From: a virus
Taxonomy: Duplodnaviria > Caudoviricetes
Virus record (IMG/VR): IMGVR_UViG_2884371665_000002
DNA length: 64,000 nucleotides
Strand: one strand, 5' to 3'
Part shown: piece after piece, positions 35,772 to 45,850 of the stretch
Layout: the number at the start of each line of letters is the position of its first letter
Numbering within the stretch: position 1 is the stretch's first letter
Position numbers and translations under genes: made by a program
The notes under the pieces: model-generated
Seen by the model: the letters and a program-made list of their open reading frames with translations, nothing else
What the model was told of the DNA's origin: nothing
Databases searched by the model: none

Positions 35772-36312
35772 CATCGCCCTTGGCATTCTGCTCAGTCAGC
35801 TATCCTATGGCCAGTCGCAACCCATTCCGATGGTACAGGCAATGGTCAAAAATCAGCCGTTCCCGTATCCGTGTGGTGTGGCGATGGATACCACGCTTTA
35901 TGTAAAAGTACGGGCCAGATTGCTCGCAGCGGATTCCCTTCGGTCTGCATCTGAGCGGGCGATCCGAGCCCTTCAGGCTGAAATCGTGGCCACTCGTAAA
36001 GTGATCGACGATCAGTTTCGGCTGAATCAGTACGATGAGGCCAAAGCGAAAACCCTGCTCGCTCAACTCAATAGCTTACAAGGCCAGCTCATCCAGGCGC
36101 AAACGACGCTCCGGGAAGCTTCGCTGGCCCGTGATGCTATAGTGAAGGAGCTACCCCGCAAGGTTCGTAATCAACTCCAGCAGGCTACTCCGGATCAGAT
36201 TGCTGCGGCAACCGTGACCTACATCCATGTACTGCAAAATCGGAAATGGAAGTGGGCAGGCTGGGCAGCGGGCAGTGGTGTTTTCCTGGGCTTTATCGCA
36301 CACCTCTTCTAA
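35722..36312 (+). CDS. Signal-peptide coiled-coil protein with a C-terminal TM, spanin-like
   Basis: N-terminal hydrophobic stretch, long coiled coil, C-terminal WAGWAAGSGVFLGFIAHLF. Confidence 0.5.
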   Translation: MKKLKRNLIKAALLCLSIALGILLSQLSYGQSQPIPMVQAMVKNQPFPYPCGVAMDTTLYVKVRARLLAADSLRSASERAIRALQAEIVATRKVIDDQFRLNQYDEAKAKTLLAQLNSLQGQLIQAQTTLREASLARDAIVKELPRKVRNQLQQATPDQIAAATVTYIHVLQNRKWKWAGWAAGSGVFLGFIAHLF

Positions 36313-36314
36313 CC

Positions 36315-36887
36315 ATGAGCAAAATCCTCACGCAAGCGGGTTTGCTTTCGGCCGCGCAAACCCTTCGTACTGGCATCGCTGAAATCAAAACGCTGGCTGA
36401 TGTTGAGTCAAGTGGCCAGGGCTTTCTCGATGACGGCCGGGTAACGATCCGGTTTGAACCGCATATTTTCCATGATCGAACAAAAGGCCGTTACGATGCG
36501 ACGTATCCGCAGCTGAGCTATCCGGAATGGAATCCCAAAATTCCCCGCAGTACCGAACACTCCTACCAGCTGTTTAATCAAGCCTGTGACCTGAACGCCA
36601 CAGCTGCTGTGCTTAGCTCCTCCTGGGGCATGTTCCAGGTCATGGGGTTCAATTTTGCCAATTGTGGGTGTAATAACCTGAAGCAGTTTGTCAGCCTGAT
36701 GGAGAAGTCCGAAGATTCCCAGTTGGAGCGGACAGTCATTTTCCTGTTGACGACCGGCCTCGATGACGAATTGCGCGAACATCGCTGGGAGGATTTAGCC
36801 AGGCTTTATAATGGGAAACAGTACAAGAAAAATCAGTACGATACCCGATTGGCCAGTCGCTTTGCCTGGCATACGGCCCATCCTTAA
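36315..36887 (+). CDS. N-acetylmuramidase endolysin (DUF3380-like; probable ATG start at 36315)
   Basis: VESSGQGF...IRFEPHIF, SSSWGMFQVMGFN, LARLYNG..Y..NQYD. Confidence 0.88.
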   Translation: MSKILTQAGLLSAAQTLRTGIAEIKTLADVESSGQGFLDDGRVTIRFEPHIFHDRTKGRYDATYPQLSYPEWNPKIPRSTEHSYQLFNQACDLNATAAVLSSSWGMFQVMGFNFANCGCNNLKQFVSLMEKSEDSQLERTVIFLLTTGLDDELREHRWEDLARLYNGKQYKKNQYDTRLASRFAWHTAHP

Positions 36888-36891
36888 TTTT

Positions 36892-36935
36892 TCACGCCTG
36901 TAAATAGCCACTGGCTTTTTACAACCGTAACTTTT
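36892..36935 (+). promoter_or_regulatory. Degenerate late-promoter box upstream of the holin candidate
   Basis: tcacgcctgtaa (12 of 18 bp) at 36892-36903; taactttt at 36928-36935; ATG at 36937. Confidence 0.5.
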
Positions 36936-36936
36936 T

Positions 36937-37341
36937 ATGAAACGTCTGATCACATTTCGCAATTCACTGGCCATTAGCTGGCCGACGTATTCAGCCATTC
37001 TGCTGAGCTGGCTGGAGCAGGTTGGCACCTGGGTGCTGACGCTGGGTGTCGATTGGACCAAATTGCCCTGGGCTTTTGCGGGGGCAACGATCGCTACCCT
37101 GAAGGGAAAAAAGGACGCCAATGGCCAGCCCATTCACAAACCATTCTGGGAATGGGCTTCCATTGCCATCAGTGGTACCGTTATCGCCATGGCAGGCTGG
37201 AAAGATGTCATGAATTTTACCAAGCTCAGCCCTGAACTGAGTACGATAATAGCGGGACTCATTGGCTGGATACTGGCCGATTATGTCTTGAAACGAGCCA
37301 AAAAACAATTCGAAAACGACGAATTAACCCCCAAACCGTAA
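36937..37341 (+). CDS. Holin candidate (multi-TM)
   Basis: Several hydrophobic helices; adjacent to the lysin. Confidence 0.55.
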   Translation: MKRLITFRNSLAISWPTYSAILLSWLEQVGTWVLTLGVDWTKLPWAFAGATIATLKGKKDANGQPIHKPFWEWASIAISGTVIAMAGWKDVMNFTKLSPELSTIIAGLIGWILADYVLKRAKKQFENDELTPKP

Positions 37342-37346
37342 CGACT

Positions 37347-37718
37347 ATGTTAGCCAATCCTTATTTCTGGCTGGGTGAACTGGGTCTTGTCCTGTCCATC
37401 GTCAGCTGTGCCGTGCTGCTGCACCGTTCCCGCCACGGATCCTGGTATGAAATTATTCCACTATTCCTGATGCTCATTTTTAGCCTGGCCATACTGGTGC
37501 AACCCGCCATCTGGACCCTTAAACATACCATTCCGGCTATACCCTATCTGTATCGACTGGCTGTTGGGCTGGTGCTCGCCAGCCGGGTCTGGACAATCCG
37601 GATCAAAAGCAAGCCGAAGGAAATCCTCGAAATGGACCGGGTGATGAAGTGGTCCAGCATCACCCTTACCCTACTGGTAGCCTATATTGTCTATCGCATT
37701 CGCCACCTGGGCCGATGA
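37347..37718 (+). CDS. Multi-pass membrane protein (lysis-associated?)
   Basis: About four hydrophobic helices. Confidence 0.5.
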   Translation: MLANPYFWLGELGLVLSIVSCAVLLHRSRHGSWYEIIPLFLMLIFSLAILVQPAIWTLKHTIPAIPYLYRLAVGLVLASRVWTIRIKSKPKEILEMDRVMKWSSITLTLLVAYIVYRIRHLGR

Positions 37719-38596
37719 ATACCCTGGAACTGTACATTAAAGGGAAACTGCATCGCTTCAGCGGGCCGTCCAGCTGGTCCGAATTGTCGAATCAGCAGGC
37801 CGTTTCATTAATGCGACTGCGGGCGCAGGTACAGACAAAACCCGAAACCCTGTTTGTGGCCATCAAGCTGCTCTATGGCATGAACCACCGCCAGCAACAG
37901 TGGCTGTTCGACGAACGCTTCCTACGCCGAAAAAAGCTTGATGAGGAGTCCATACTGCTCACCCTGGATATGGGACAGCAGCTGCTGGATTCCCTTGACT
38001 GGATTGGTCAGGACGATTCAGCGGCCAGTTTCCCAGCCAGCTTCCAGCTTTACGATTATCAGTTTGGCACACCCCGGATCTGGCTGAAGCGGCTGCTTCA
38101 CAAACAGCGATACGCTGGCCCCAAAGCGGCTCTCTCCAGCTGCACCTTTGCCGAGTTTATGTTTGCTGACAAAGCGTTTCGGGAAGGCAAACTGGCCCTG
38201 ATGGCAGCCATTCTCTACCGACCAGTACTGATAGATGCCCCTGAGGAGCCACAGCCACTCGACCGGGATGGTATCGAAGCGCGCGCGCGTTTATTTGCCC
38301 GGCTCGATGCAGCCCTGCTGGAACGAATTGCGTTCGCCTATGGATCCACGCTACTGCTGCTGCAACGCAGTTTTGGTTTGGTCTTTCCCCAAAAAACAGA
38401 ATCGGATACGACCGCCAAAAAGTCAAAAAAAGCGGGCAACTGGCTCGACGTAGCCATTGGCATGGCCAAGCTCGATGTGACCAAGGTAGCCCTGGTTGAA
38501 AAAACCAATCTGTACCTGGCCCTGAAAGTATTAAATGAACAGTTGTGGCAGGCCGAAGAGATGGAGCGGCAACTGGAAAAAATGAAAACAAAATGA
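37715..38596 (+). CDS. Phage tail-region protein (possible tail assembly chaperone)
   Basis: PSSWSELS, CTFAEFMFAD, LMAAILYRP motifs; probable ATG start at 37715. Confidence 0.5.
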   Translation: MNTLELYIKGKLHRFSGPSSWSELSNQQAVSLMRLRAQVQTKPETLFVAIKLLYGMNHRQQQWLFDERFLRRKKLDEESILLTLDMGQQLLDSLDWIGQDDSAASFPASFQLYDYQFGTPRIWLKRLLHKQRYAGPKAALSSCTFAEFMFADKAFREGKLALMAAILYRPVLIDAPEEPQPLDRDGIEARARLFARLDAALLERIAFAYGSTLLLLQRSFGLVFPQKTESDTTAKKSKKAGNWLDVAIGMAKLDVTKVALVEKTNLYLALKVLNEQLWQAEEMERQLEKMKTK

Positions 38597-39102
38597 GCGA
38601 ACAGGAATACATCGACTATTTTGAGTACCTGGCTCGACAGCATAAGGCGCTGCTGCACACGGATACGGAGCCTCGTTTTTACGTCCTAAGGGATGACAAC
38701 CGGGCCGATCTGGAGCAGGCCGTGCGCAGTAAACTACTGTTACCCGCCCTGGTGCTGGATCAGTATTATGATGATCTGGACCGCTCCAGTGATAATTTTC
38801 GGGCAACCATTCTGGGTGGTCTGTCCGTACTGGTTAAATGTAAAAAGCAGGATCCGGATGATGTACGGCGAGCACGCGCGGAAGCCCGTCAGCTGGCGCT
38901 ATCCTTTATCAACCGTATGTACCGCGATTGCCGGCATCCCAATGGAATTCTAGCGAGTAAACGAATAAATCCTTCGATGCAATTCCAGGGCGAGCCAGCA
39001 CCCATACTGGCCGAAATCGCTACCGGGTGGGGCTATCCATTTGAATGGTCCATGCCTACTTCTGTAGCGGTCAGCCCCGACGACTGGGCCGATCTGCCCT
39101 AG
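38593..39102 (+). CDS. Phage tail completion-like protein
   Basis: YFEYLARQHK..LH, LPALVL; probable ATG start at 38593. Confidence 0.5.
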   Translation: MSEQEYIDYFEYLARQHKALLHTDTEPRFYVLRDDNRADLEQAVRSKLLLPALVLDQYYDDLDRSSDNFRATILGGLSVLVKCKKQDPDDVRRARAEARQLALSFINRMYRDCRHPNGILASKRINPSMQFQGEPAPILAEIATGWGYPFEWSMPTSVAVSPDDWADLP

Positions 39103-39105
39103 TCT

Positions 39106-39152
39106 GTCATCACGCCTGTAACGGGCCAGTGCCGGCTTAGCTGACAATTTCG
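39106..39152 (+). promoter_or_regulatory. Late-promoter box 5 (tail operon)
   Basis: Exact 18-mer at 39106-39123; caatttcg at 39145-39152; ATG at 39158. Confidence 0.8.
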
Positions 39153-39157
39153 CAGCT

Positions 39158-41119
39158 ATGCCAGTGACTCTTCTCAGCACGCCCGATGATTTTGCCCTGA
39201 CCCGTGGAGGCCGCATGGTCTTTCAGTTCCAGGGATCAGGCCAGCAGGCAACGCTCGGTACCCAGGCCCAGAATTTTATTAATTTTTCAGGACCCGTACT
39301 GGCCGGTACAGTGATTCGGCTTAAATGGAATGGCACTGAACATTCCATCATCGCCCGCACGAGTCCAACCGAGGCCAACGAGTTTCCGGCGGGCGATGGC
39401 TCAGCGGACTATGTTGACTCCCTGCTGGAGTTCTTTCAGACCTATTTTCCCTTTTACGAGGATTTTACGGCCGAACGGCTTGATTTTATCAACCTGCATC
39501 AGATTGTGCTGGCCAGCAAAAAGCCAGGCGCTCAATACAACATTTCTGCACCAGCGGTCAGCAATGCCATCGAGGTCGTGGTCGGTACACCCGGTGCGGA
39601 TCCGATCGTTCGCGAGCAGTATGGTGTCTATGCTGAGGTATGGGTCAAACGCCCAGATGAAACTACATTCAACCGCATTTTTGCGCCCACCATTGCCTGC
39701 AATACCCTCGGCATTGCGACCATGGACGTGGGCAAAATTCTGCACGCCCAGTTAGGACCCGACTGGCCCACCTGGAGTTTCAACCAGCCGGCTGGTTCCA
39801 CCAATTCGCAGCTCAGCTACTACGTCACCTACGCCGAGTCGTTTGGCCAGCCCCAGCAGGTCGGCAAGATCCAGAAAGACGATGTGCGCCAGGCTTATTT
39901 TGGGGGTGCTGATTACCAACATCAGGCTGGCACTGGTTTTGAACTGGCCAGCTTTGTCGCTAGCCAGTCCGATTCCGGAACGGATCGGGCTCTTCGCCTG
40001 GGTGGTTTTACGCGTTATGTACGGGCCGAAGAACCCCAGTTCTTGACCTTTCTCAATACCCGTGCCGATCGGACAGGTGTTGTGCTGGAAGTCAAACTGA
40101 CCTTTGCCGATAATTCCGTTGAATTATTCTACAACCGGTATGCGCAACAAGCCTGGCCACTGGGCAGTAAAATCACGTATGCAGTCGGTTTCAATCAGCT
40201 CTCGATTGCCGATCATATTTCGAGTAATGAAACCCTGGTCGAGTATTCTGTTCGACTAAGCAATCAGAACGCCACAGCTTATTACTCGACCAGCTATCGG
40301 TTTGTCATCAATAGCCGCTATGAAGCGTATACCCGCTATTTCGCTTACCTGAGTAGTTTGGGTGCAGTGGAAACGCTGGCCACCTTTGGCAAGGGTTCCT
40401 ATGAGCTGAACCGGTTTTACGAAGAAGCTCAGCGTTATCAGCCTGCGCATTATGATGCCCAGTTGGGTCAGTATGAACAGTACGACGTGGCCATCCAGCA
40501 ATCGCTCGAAGTCACGACGGGGTACCGTCCGCAGGCCGAACTACGGCTCTGGAATGATTTCTACCGCTCGCCCTACCTGTTTCACATGCAGGTTCTCAAG
40601 GTGCTGCCCATTGCCCTGGTTAGTAAATCCATTAAGCAGGGTAAGGATGGCGCAAACCAGTTTGCCCACTCATTTCAGTTCGTCTACCGCTGGAAAGATG
40701 ACTTCTTCACTGCTGAAGACGATCCCGAATTAATTGGGGATGGAGTGCCACCCATTGGTCTGGAGCCAGCCGGCCCCATTACCATCGAGCAGCCGACAGT
40801 GGTCGACAGCGTCGATCACACCGTGCCGGACGTGGTTCGGGGCATCACCGATCAGAAAGTTGCTAACTGGAACCAGGCCTACGCCTGGGGCTCGCATGCC
40901 GCCCAGGGCTATCTGACCCAGGCGACCGGCTCCCAGCTCTTCTACCGCAAGGATACCAAGATCGACTACCAGGATGACCTGATCAACAAGCCCTTTAGCC
41001 GCGATTCGGCGGGACTTTCCGACGTGCTGACGGCGAAAGAAACCAAAAAACTTCTCAAAAATACACTCGGCATTCGGCCCGTCCTGACCAGCTGGACGGG
41101 CAATGTAGAGCCGCAATAA
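39158..41119 (+). CDS. Tail structural protein (distal-tail-like)
   Basis: First gene of the tail operon; C-terminal NWNQAYAWGSHAAQGYL motif recalls Bacteroidota tail fibres. Confidence 0.55.
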   Translation: MPVTLLSTPDDFALTRGGRMVFQFQGSGQQATLGTQAQNFINFSGPVLAGTVIRLKWNGTEHSIIARTSPTEANEFPAGDGSADYVDSLLEFFQTYFPFYEDFTAERLDFINLHQIVLASKKPGAQYNISAPAVSNAIEVVVGTPGADPIVREQYGVYAEVWVKRPDETTFNRIFAPTIACNTLGIATMDVGKILHAQLGPDWPTWSFNQPAGSTNSQLSYYVTYAESFGQPQQVGKIQKDDVRQAYFGGADYQHQAGTGFELASFVASQSDSGTDRALRLGGFTRYVRAEEPQFLTFLNTRADRTGVVLEVKLTFADNSVELFYNRYAQQAWPLGSKITYAVGFNQLSIADHISSNETLVEYSVRLSNQNATAYYSTSYRFVINSRYEAYTRYFAYLSSLGAVETLATFGKGSYELNRFYEEAQRYQPAHYDAQLGQYEQYDVAIQQSLEVTTGYRPQAELRLWNDFYRSPYLFHMQVLKVLPIALVSKSIKQGKDGANQFAHSFQFVYRWKDDFFTAEDDPELIGDGVPPIGLEPAGPITIEQPTVVDSVDHTVPDVVRGITDQKVANWNQAYAWGSHAAQGYLTQATGSQLFYRKDTKIDYQDDLINKPFSRDSAGLSDVLTAKETKKLLKNTLGIRPVLTSWTGNVEPQ

Positions 41120-41123
41120 GACT

Positions 41124-44100
41124 ATGGCAGGCATTCGCTGTGACACCCCCATCGGCGCTGACTGGGAATACTCCCTCGATCAGCTCAACTGGCAAGCCTC
41201 GAACAAATTCTTCGAGCTGCCTTCGGGTGATCCGTTTGTGCTCGGCACGGTTTATACCGTTTACTGTCGAAACGTTACGGCCGAGCTGACGGCTGATCGC
41301 CAGATCCCCTTTGGCGAGGCCAGCTCCGAGTCGCTCATCGCCCTGGTCAAGCTCCTGGACTCTTTACAAAAGGATGGGCTGCTGCATGTGTTGCTGACGG
41401 CCATCCGGCCTGAAACGACCCTGCTCATCGCGGCGGCCCTGAACGCGATCGGCTTTAACTCCGGCTCGACGACCACTGTTCTGGAGATCGATGACTGCGG
41501 CTGCGATGAAGAAGCGGAAGGTGGGCTATCGGCCGGCATCATCACCAATCTGTACCTGGCTCCGCTGGCCGTATCGCCCCACAATACCGACTTTCTGGGT
41601 ACGGGCACCAATTTGTTTAATAAGCTCTCCCGGCTTAATCAGTCGGGCAAGTTTATCGACAATACGGGCACCGTCCACGAGAATCAGCCCAACTACACCA
41701 TCTCCCATCCGATGCTGGTCAAAGGGGATACCTGGTACACGCCCTCCTCAGATACGACTGATCCGACGGGCAACCGGCAGATGGTCGCTTATTTTTCGGC
41801 TACGGGAGCCAAACTGGATGGAGCCTCCAACGTGCGCACGGAAGATAAATTCCGAACACCACCGGGCTGCGTGTACATTCTCTGCACGGTGCCGAACAAC
41901 ATCCTGCACTCGTTTCAGGTGCAGGAAGGCGAAACGGCGACCGATTACGAGAATTTTAAACTGATATTTCCGGGGGAAACCACCCAGCAGGCCCTCATTT
42001 CGGCCCGCGCCAGTCAGGCACTTTTATTGGGCCAGATCAACCAGGCCCGTTTTACGACCGGCCGGAATCTATTCGATAAAGACAGCGAGCTGATTCAGGC
42101 GGGCCGATTCATCGATGAGAAAGGTGTCTACAGTGCTGATCCAACCAACTCGGTTTCCCACCCCATTTTCGTCAACGGGGATACGGCCTATACAGCCAGT
42201 TTCAAATCCTTTATTTCCTTTTACGATCAGCTGGGTCGGCACGTCGGTGGCGAACGCTTTGATCGGGATGACTTTACGTTCACCACGCCCGGCAACGCAA
42301 AATTTGCGCTGGTCACCGTTCCGGACGAGCTCTTTGACAGCTTTCTGTTTGTCGAAGGCGAAGAGCTGGGCGACTACGAGCCATTTGTGCAGATCGTCAA
42401 GGGCAAAACCCTGGGCGAAGCAGCCATCGATCTGAAAGCTTCGCAGGCCATCGCCCTCGTCGAGCGGGGCACCCTGAATCTATTTAAAGCGGCCAGCCGC
42501 TTTACGCAGACTGGCCGCTACATCACCAACACCGGCCTGTACGTAGCCGATTCGACCTATACGGTATCGCACTTAATCAAAGTGTCGGCGCTGAGCTGGT
42601 ACACGCCCAGCTACAAAACCTTTGTGGCCTTTTTCGATGCGGCCGGCAATCTGATCCCCTCGGATGTGGGGGTGTATAACCGGCCGACGGATAAATTCTT
42701 CACGCCAGCCCTGACCGAATACCTGCTGATTGCGGTACCCATCGAGATCCTCGCCAGCTTCATGCTGGTGGCTGGCCAGGTGTTGCCGGCTACCTATCAG
42801 CCTTTTGTCCCCCTTCTCGAATCCATTCTGCCCACCACGCTGGGCATCAAACAAACAGCACTCGACGCAAAACAGATGGCTGAAAGCTTCACCGACGAAA
42901 TTATTTATTCCATCAATTTATTCAACAAGGCCGATTCCGACCTAATCAATGACAAGCTGATTAATGAAAACAGCGTACTGGAAGATTTTGCTGACGTATC
43001 GGTCGGCGGCTTTATTCCGGTAGAACCCAACACCTGGTATACCCCCACCGATCTGTTGGGCATCGGCTGGTTTACCGAAGACAAAGAACCTCTTGGAAAT
43101 GCTCCCCGCTATGATCGGGGCACGGCCAAATTTCAGACCACCGACAAAGTCGCCTTTATTCGGCCCACAGTTTATACGGCCAATCTGGACAGCTTCATGC
43201 TGGTGAAAGGCCAGACGCTGCCCGCCCGCTATATCCCCTGGTACAAAAAATACAAGGGAACTACCCAGGACGGCTCGCAGGCACTGGCCATTGCCGAAAG
43301 CATCAACGCGCTGCTGATTCCCACCGCCAACCTGTTTAACCGCCGGGATGGCTCCATCCTGACCGGCCAGTACATCAACAACGAGGGATTTCTGGGGGCT
43401 TTCCTGACCACCAGCGTCACCCACTTTATTAAAGTTAAAGCCTCCACCTGGTACACCCCCTCGGAGGTCGGCAACTTCATTGCCTACTTCGATGAGAACT
43501 TCCAGCGCCTGGGTGAGGGGGCGTTGACCAGTCGGCCAGCGGCCAAATTCCAGACGACCAGCGAAACGGCCTACATCCGGGCCACCTTCAATACAGCCAA
43601 CCGGAACACCTACATGATCGTGGAGGGCCAGTTTGATCTGCCGATGGCTTACATCGAATACGGCAGCTTCCTGGATCCCCAGGTCAAGGTCAGCACGGCG
43701 GCTTTTGGTAAAACCGAGATCGTTTTCGGCACGTCCATTCCGGCTGGATCGGGCTATCACGAATTAGCCTGCCGGGCGCTGGGCATGACCTGCATCAATA
43801 AGGCCGTGCCCAGTTCATCGGTACGCATCAAGGATCGGTCAGGCGGTGTTGGGGGTGCAAACTGGCAGAACATCGCCTATGCCTGGGCGCATACCCTGGC
43901 GGAAAAAGCCGCCCTGATTTCGGGCTGGGCAGCCCTTCGCTCGGCCAACCTGGGCAACACCAACTGGGCATCGGCTCCGACGTCGTTTACCTCGGGCGAG
44001 CAGGCATTTATCCTGAGTTGCAGCTACGAGAGCAACCTGACGCCCTACCTGAACGGTACCTATGCGATGCCCGATGTGTTTGTGCTATCGGTTTTGTACA

Positions 44101-44588
44101 ATGATCAGTTTTTGGGGGAAATCGAGGCGGAATGGTTGGCTGATCCGACCGATACCGAGATTGCGAACCGAACCACTGCGTTTGGGGCCATTACCTACAT
44201 CATTGATTACATCCGGGGCCTGCAACCCCGTGCCAAGATTGTTTTGGAGGGGCATTACGCCGACAAGAAAACCCCCAAAGTTGCCCAATTACAGCAGAAG
44301 GTAGCGGCCTATCACTGCATTGATATTTGGGAGATCTGGAAAAAACTGCCCTTCAACTTACGAAGAATCCCCAATACGCTGACCAACTGGGATGAAGAGC
44401 CCCATTTCAGCAACAAAGCCCTGGCTGAAGCGCAGGATCCCGGCTGTACCAGTCTGAACATGGATGGCATCCGGTTCTACATGCCGGACTGGGTGCATCC
44501 CTATTCGGATCCGGCTCATCTGGAGCCGGGCCACGCCAGCTACCTGATCGCGCATGAAGTGGAAACCCATTTAGCCACGACCTTCTAG
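41124..44588 (+). CDS. Tail-associated protein with five ~130-aa repeats and a C-terminal SGNH/GDSL esterase
   Basis: Five NLF..G..I...G...SH.I.V...WYTP...F.TP...F..V.G...Y.PF modules; FGTSI (block I) and DWVHP (block V). Confidence 0.7.
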   Translation: MAGIRCDTPIGADWEYSLDQLNWQASNKFFELPSGDPFVLGTVYTVYCRNVTAELTADRQIPFGEASSESLIALVKLLDSLQKDGLLHVLLTAIRPETTLLIAAALNAIGFNSGSTTTVLEIDDCGCDEEAEGGLSAGIITNLYLAPLAVSPHNTDFLGTGTNLFNKLSRLNQSGKFIDNTGTVHENQPNYTISHPMLVKGDTWYTPSSDTTDPTGNRQMVAYFSATGAKLDGASNVRTEDKFRTPPGCVYILCTVPNNILHSFQVQEGETATDYENFKLIFPGETTQQALISARASQALLLGQINQARFTTGRNLFDKDSELIQAGRFIDEKGVYSADPTNSVSHPIFVNGDTAYTASFKSFISFYDQLGRHVGGERFDRDDFTFTTPGNAKFALVTVPDELFDSFLFVEGEELGDYEPFVQIVKGKTLGEAAIDLKASQAIALVERGTLNLFKAASRFTQTGRYITNTGLYVADSTYTVSHLIKVSALSWYTPSYKTFVAFFDAAGNLIPSDVGVYNRPTDKFFTPALTEYLLIAVPIEILASFMLVAGQVLPATYQPFVPLLESILPTTLGIKQTALDAKQMAESFTDEIIYSINLFNKADSDLINDKLINENSVLEDFADVSVGGFIPVEPNTWYTPTDLLGIGWFTEDKEPLGNAPRYDRGTAKFQTTDKVAFIRPTVYTANLDSFMLVKGQTLPARYIPWYKKYKGTTQDGSQALAIAESINALLIPTANLFNRRDGSILTGQYINNEGFLGAFLTTSVTHFIKVKASTWYTPSEVGNFIAYFDENFQRLGEGALTSRPAAKFQTTSETAYIRATFNTANRNTYMIVEGQFDLPMAYIEYGSFLDPQVKVSTAAFGKTEIVFGTSIPAGSGYHELACRALGMTCINKAVPSSSVRIKDRSGGVGGANWQNIAYAWAHTLAEKAALISGWAALRSANLGNTNWASAPTSFTSGEQAFILSCSYESNLTPYLNGTYAMPDVFVLSVLYNDQFLGEIEAEWLADPTDTEIANRTTAFGAITYIIDYIRGLQPRAKIVLEGHYADKKTPKVAQLQQKVAAYHCIDIWEIWKKLPFNLRRIPNTLTNWDEEPHFSNKALAEAQDPGCTSLNMDGIRFYMPDWVHPYSDPAHLEPGHASYLIAHEVETHLATTF

Positions 44589-45839
44589 ATGGCAAAGCGC
44601 AAGATCATAGAGGGCACCCTGAAGGTGATCAATACGACCACCAACGAAGTCCTTTCCAGCACGCCCGTGACCAAAGTGGTCAAAAAAGGGCAGGAAAGTC
44701 AATTCGTCAAGGGCACCACCAAAACCCCCGTTCCCTGCATGGCGGATTACTCGCCTGGCCGGGACCTGTATGGGCGTACGTTTGCGCAATTACCCAAGTG
44801 TGACTCCACGACACCGACCGGCCAGCCGGACTATGTGTTTGGCGATACGTTTATTCTCACCGCCGGGGTGGCTCCGGTCAACTACCCACCCGTACCGGGC
44901 AGCTGGACGCCCGCGCCCGTTACGACGGCCGGCGATGTAACGGTGCCGGTCCCCGATGGTTTTTTTGTCGATCCGGAAGGCGATCCGGTCGTCCTGTCGG
45001 CCTTCATGCAGACCGGCGCTGGTCTGGTGAGCAATCTCGAATTTGATGCCGATGCGGAAGAGTTCCGGCTAAAAGCTGCCCTGGCCGATGCAATTTACCT
45101 GATCCGGCTGTATGGGAGCGATGGGCTGCATCCTGCGGTGCCCTATGATTTTGAGCTGGTCGTCAACCGGACCGTCGTCGTCAACCATGCACCGACCCTG
45201 GCTGCTCCAATCGGTACGCTGAACGCCACGGTAGACGAAGCGTCCGTTTTCAACCTCTCACCGGGTACCCACTTTACCGATCCGGATGGGGATGCGCTGA
45301 CCCATAGCCTTCAGTTTCATAACGGTACGGCCTACACCGGCACGCTACCCGCCTGGGCGTCGCTCGCTTCGGGTGTGCTGAGCCTGACTCCGCCAGACGA
45401 GGCTGATTATTTATTCCGCAGCATCGTAACCGATCCGGGCGGGTTAAGTGCGTTCGACAATTTCACGATTCATGCCACCGAGCCCGATCTGCCGGTGCTC
45501 AGCCAAATCCTGGCCGTTGATTTCCGCTACTTCCATAGTACCTCGGCAACCTTCCACTGGTATGTCAAAACCGATCTGGCTGCCGGTGTCGAGTACAACA
45601 TCGAATGGCCAGCGCAAGGCGCCTATGCGGCACAGGCGAAACTGATTATCTGGCTGGTGGGCACAACCGTGGACGGGGATCCTGCCGGCTACCAAAAACT
45701 CTGTAGCCTGGTTCGGGACACCCCACCTGAATTTACGCTGTACCTGCGCACAGCGGATAATCGATCGATTGAACTCCCGCTGACCATCACCCGGCCGGTT
45801 GCCAACCAGGCCCGGCAAACCATTTATACCGCTCCGTAA
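44589..45839 (+). CDS. Protein with cadherin-like (CADG/Ig-like) domains
   Basis: NHAPTL...FTDPDGDALT...LPAWASL..GVLSLTP...VTDPGGLS; a second FVDPEGDPV-type domain upstream. Confidence 0.7.
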   Translation: MAKRKIIEGTLKVINTTTNEVLSSTPVTKVVKKGQESQFVKGTTKTPVPCMADYSPGRDLYGRTFAQLPKCDSTTPTGQPDYVFGDTFILTAGVAPVNYPPVPGSWTPAPVTTAGDVTVPVPDGFFVDPEGDPVVLSAFMQTGAGLVSNLEFDADAEEFRLKAALADAIYLIRLYGSDGLHPAVPYDFELVVNRTVVVNHAPTLAAPIGTLNATVDEASVFNLSPGTHFTDPDGDALTHSLQFHNGTAYTGTLPAWASLASGVLSLTPPDEADYLFRSIVTDPGGLSAFDNFTIHATEPDLPVLSQILAVDFRYFHSTSATFHWYVKTDLAAGVEYNIEWPAQGAYAAQAKLIIWLVGTTVDGDPAGYQKLCSLVRDTPPEFTLYLRTADNRSIELPLTITRPVANQARQTIYTAP

Positions 45840-45850
45840 CCAACAGACTG

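Noticed and set aside
17723-39123. 18-bp repeats as CRISPR repeats, att sites or transposon ends
   Set aside because: They are kilobases apart, all in the same orientation, all intergenic at a fixed distance from promoter-like elements; this fits regulatory sites.
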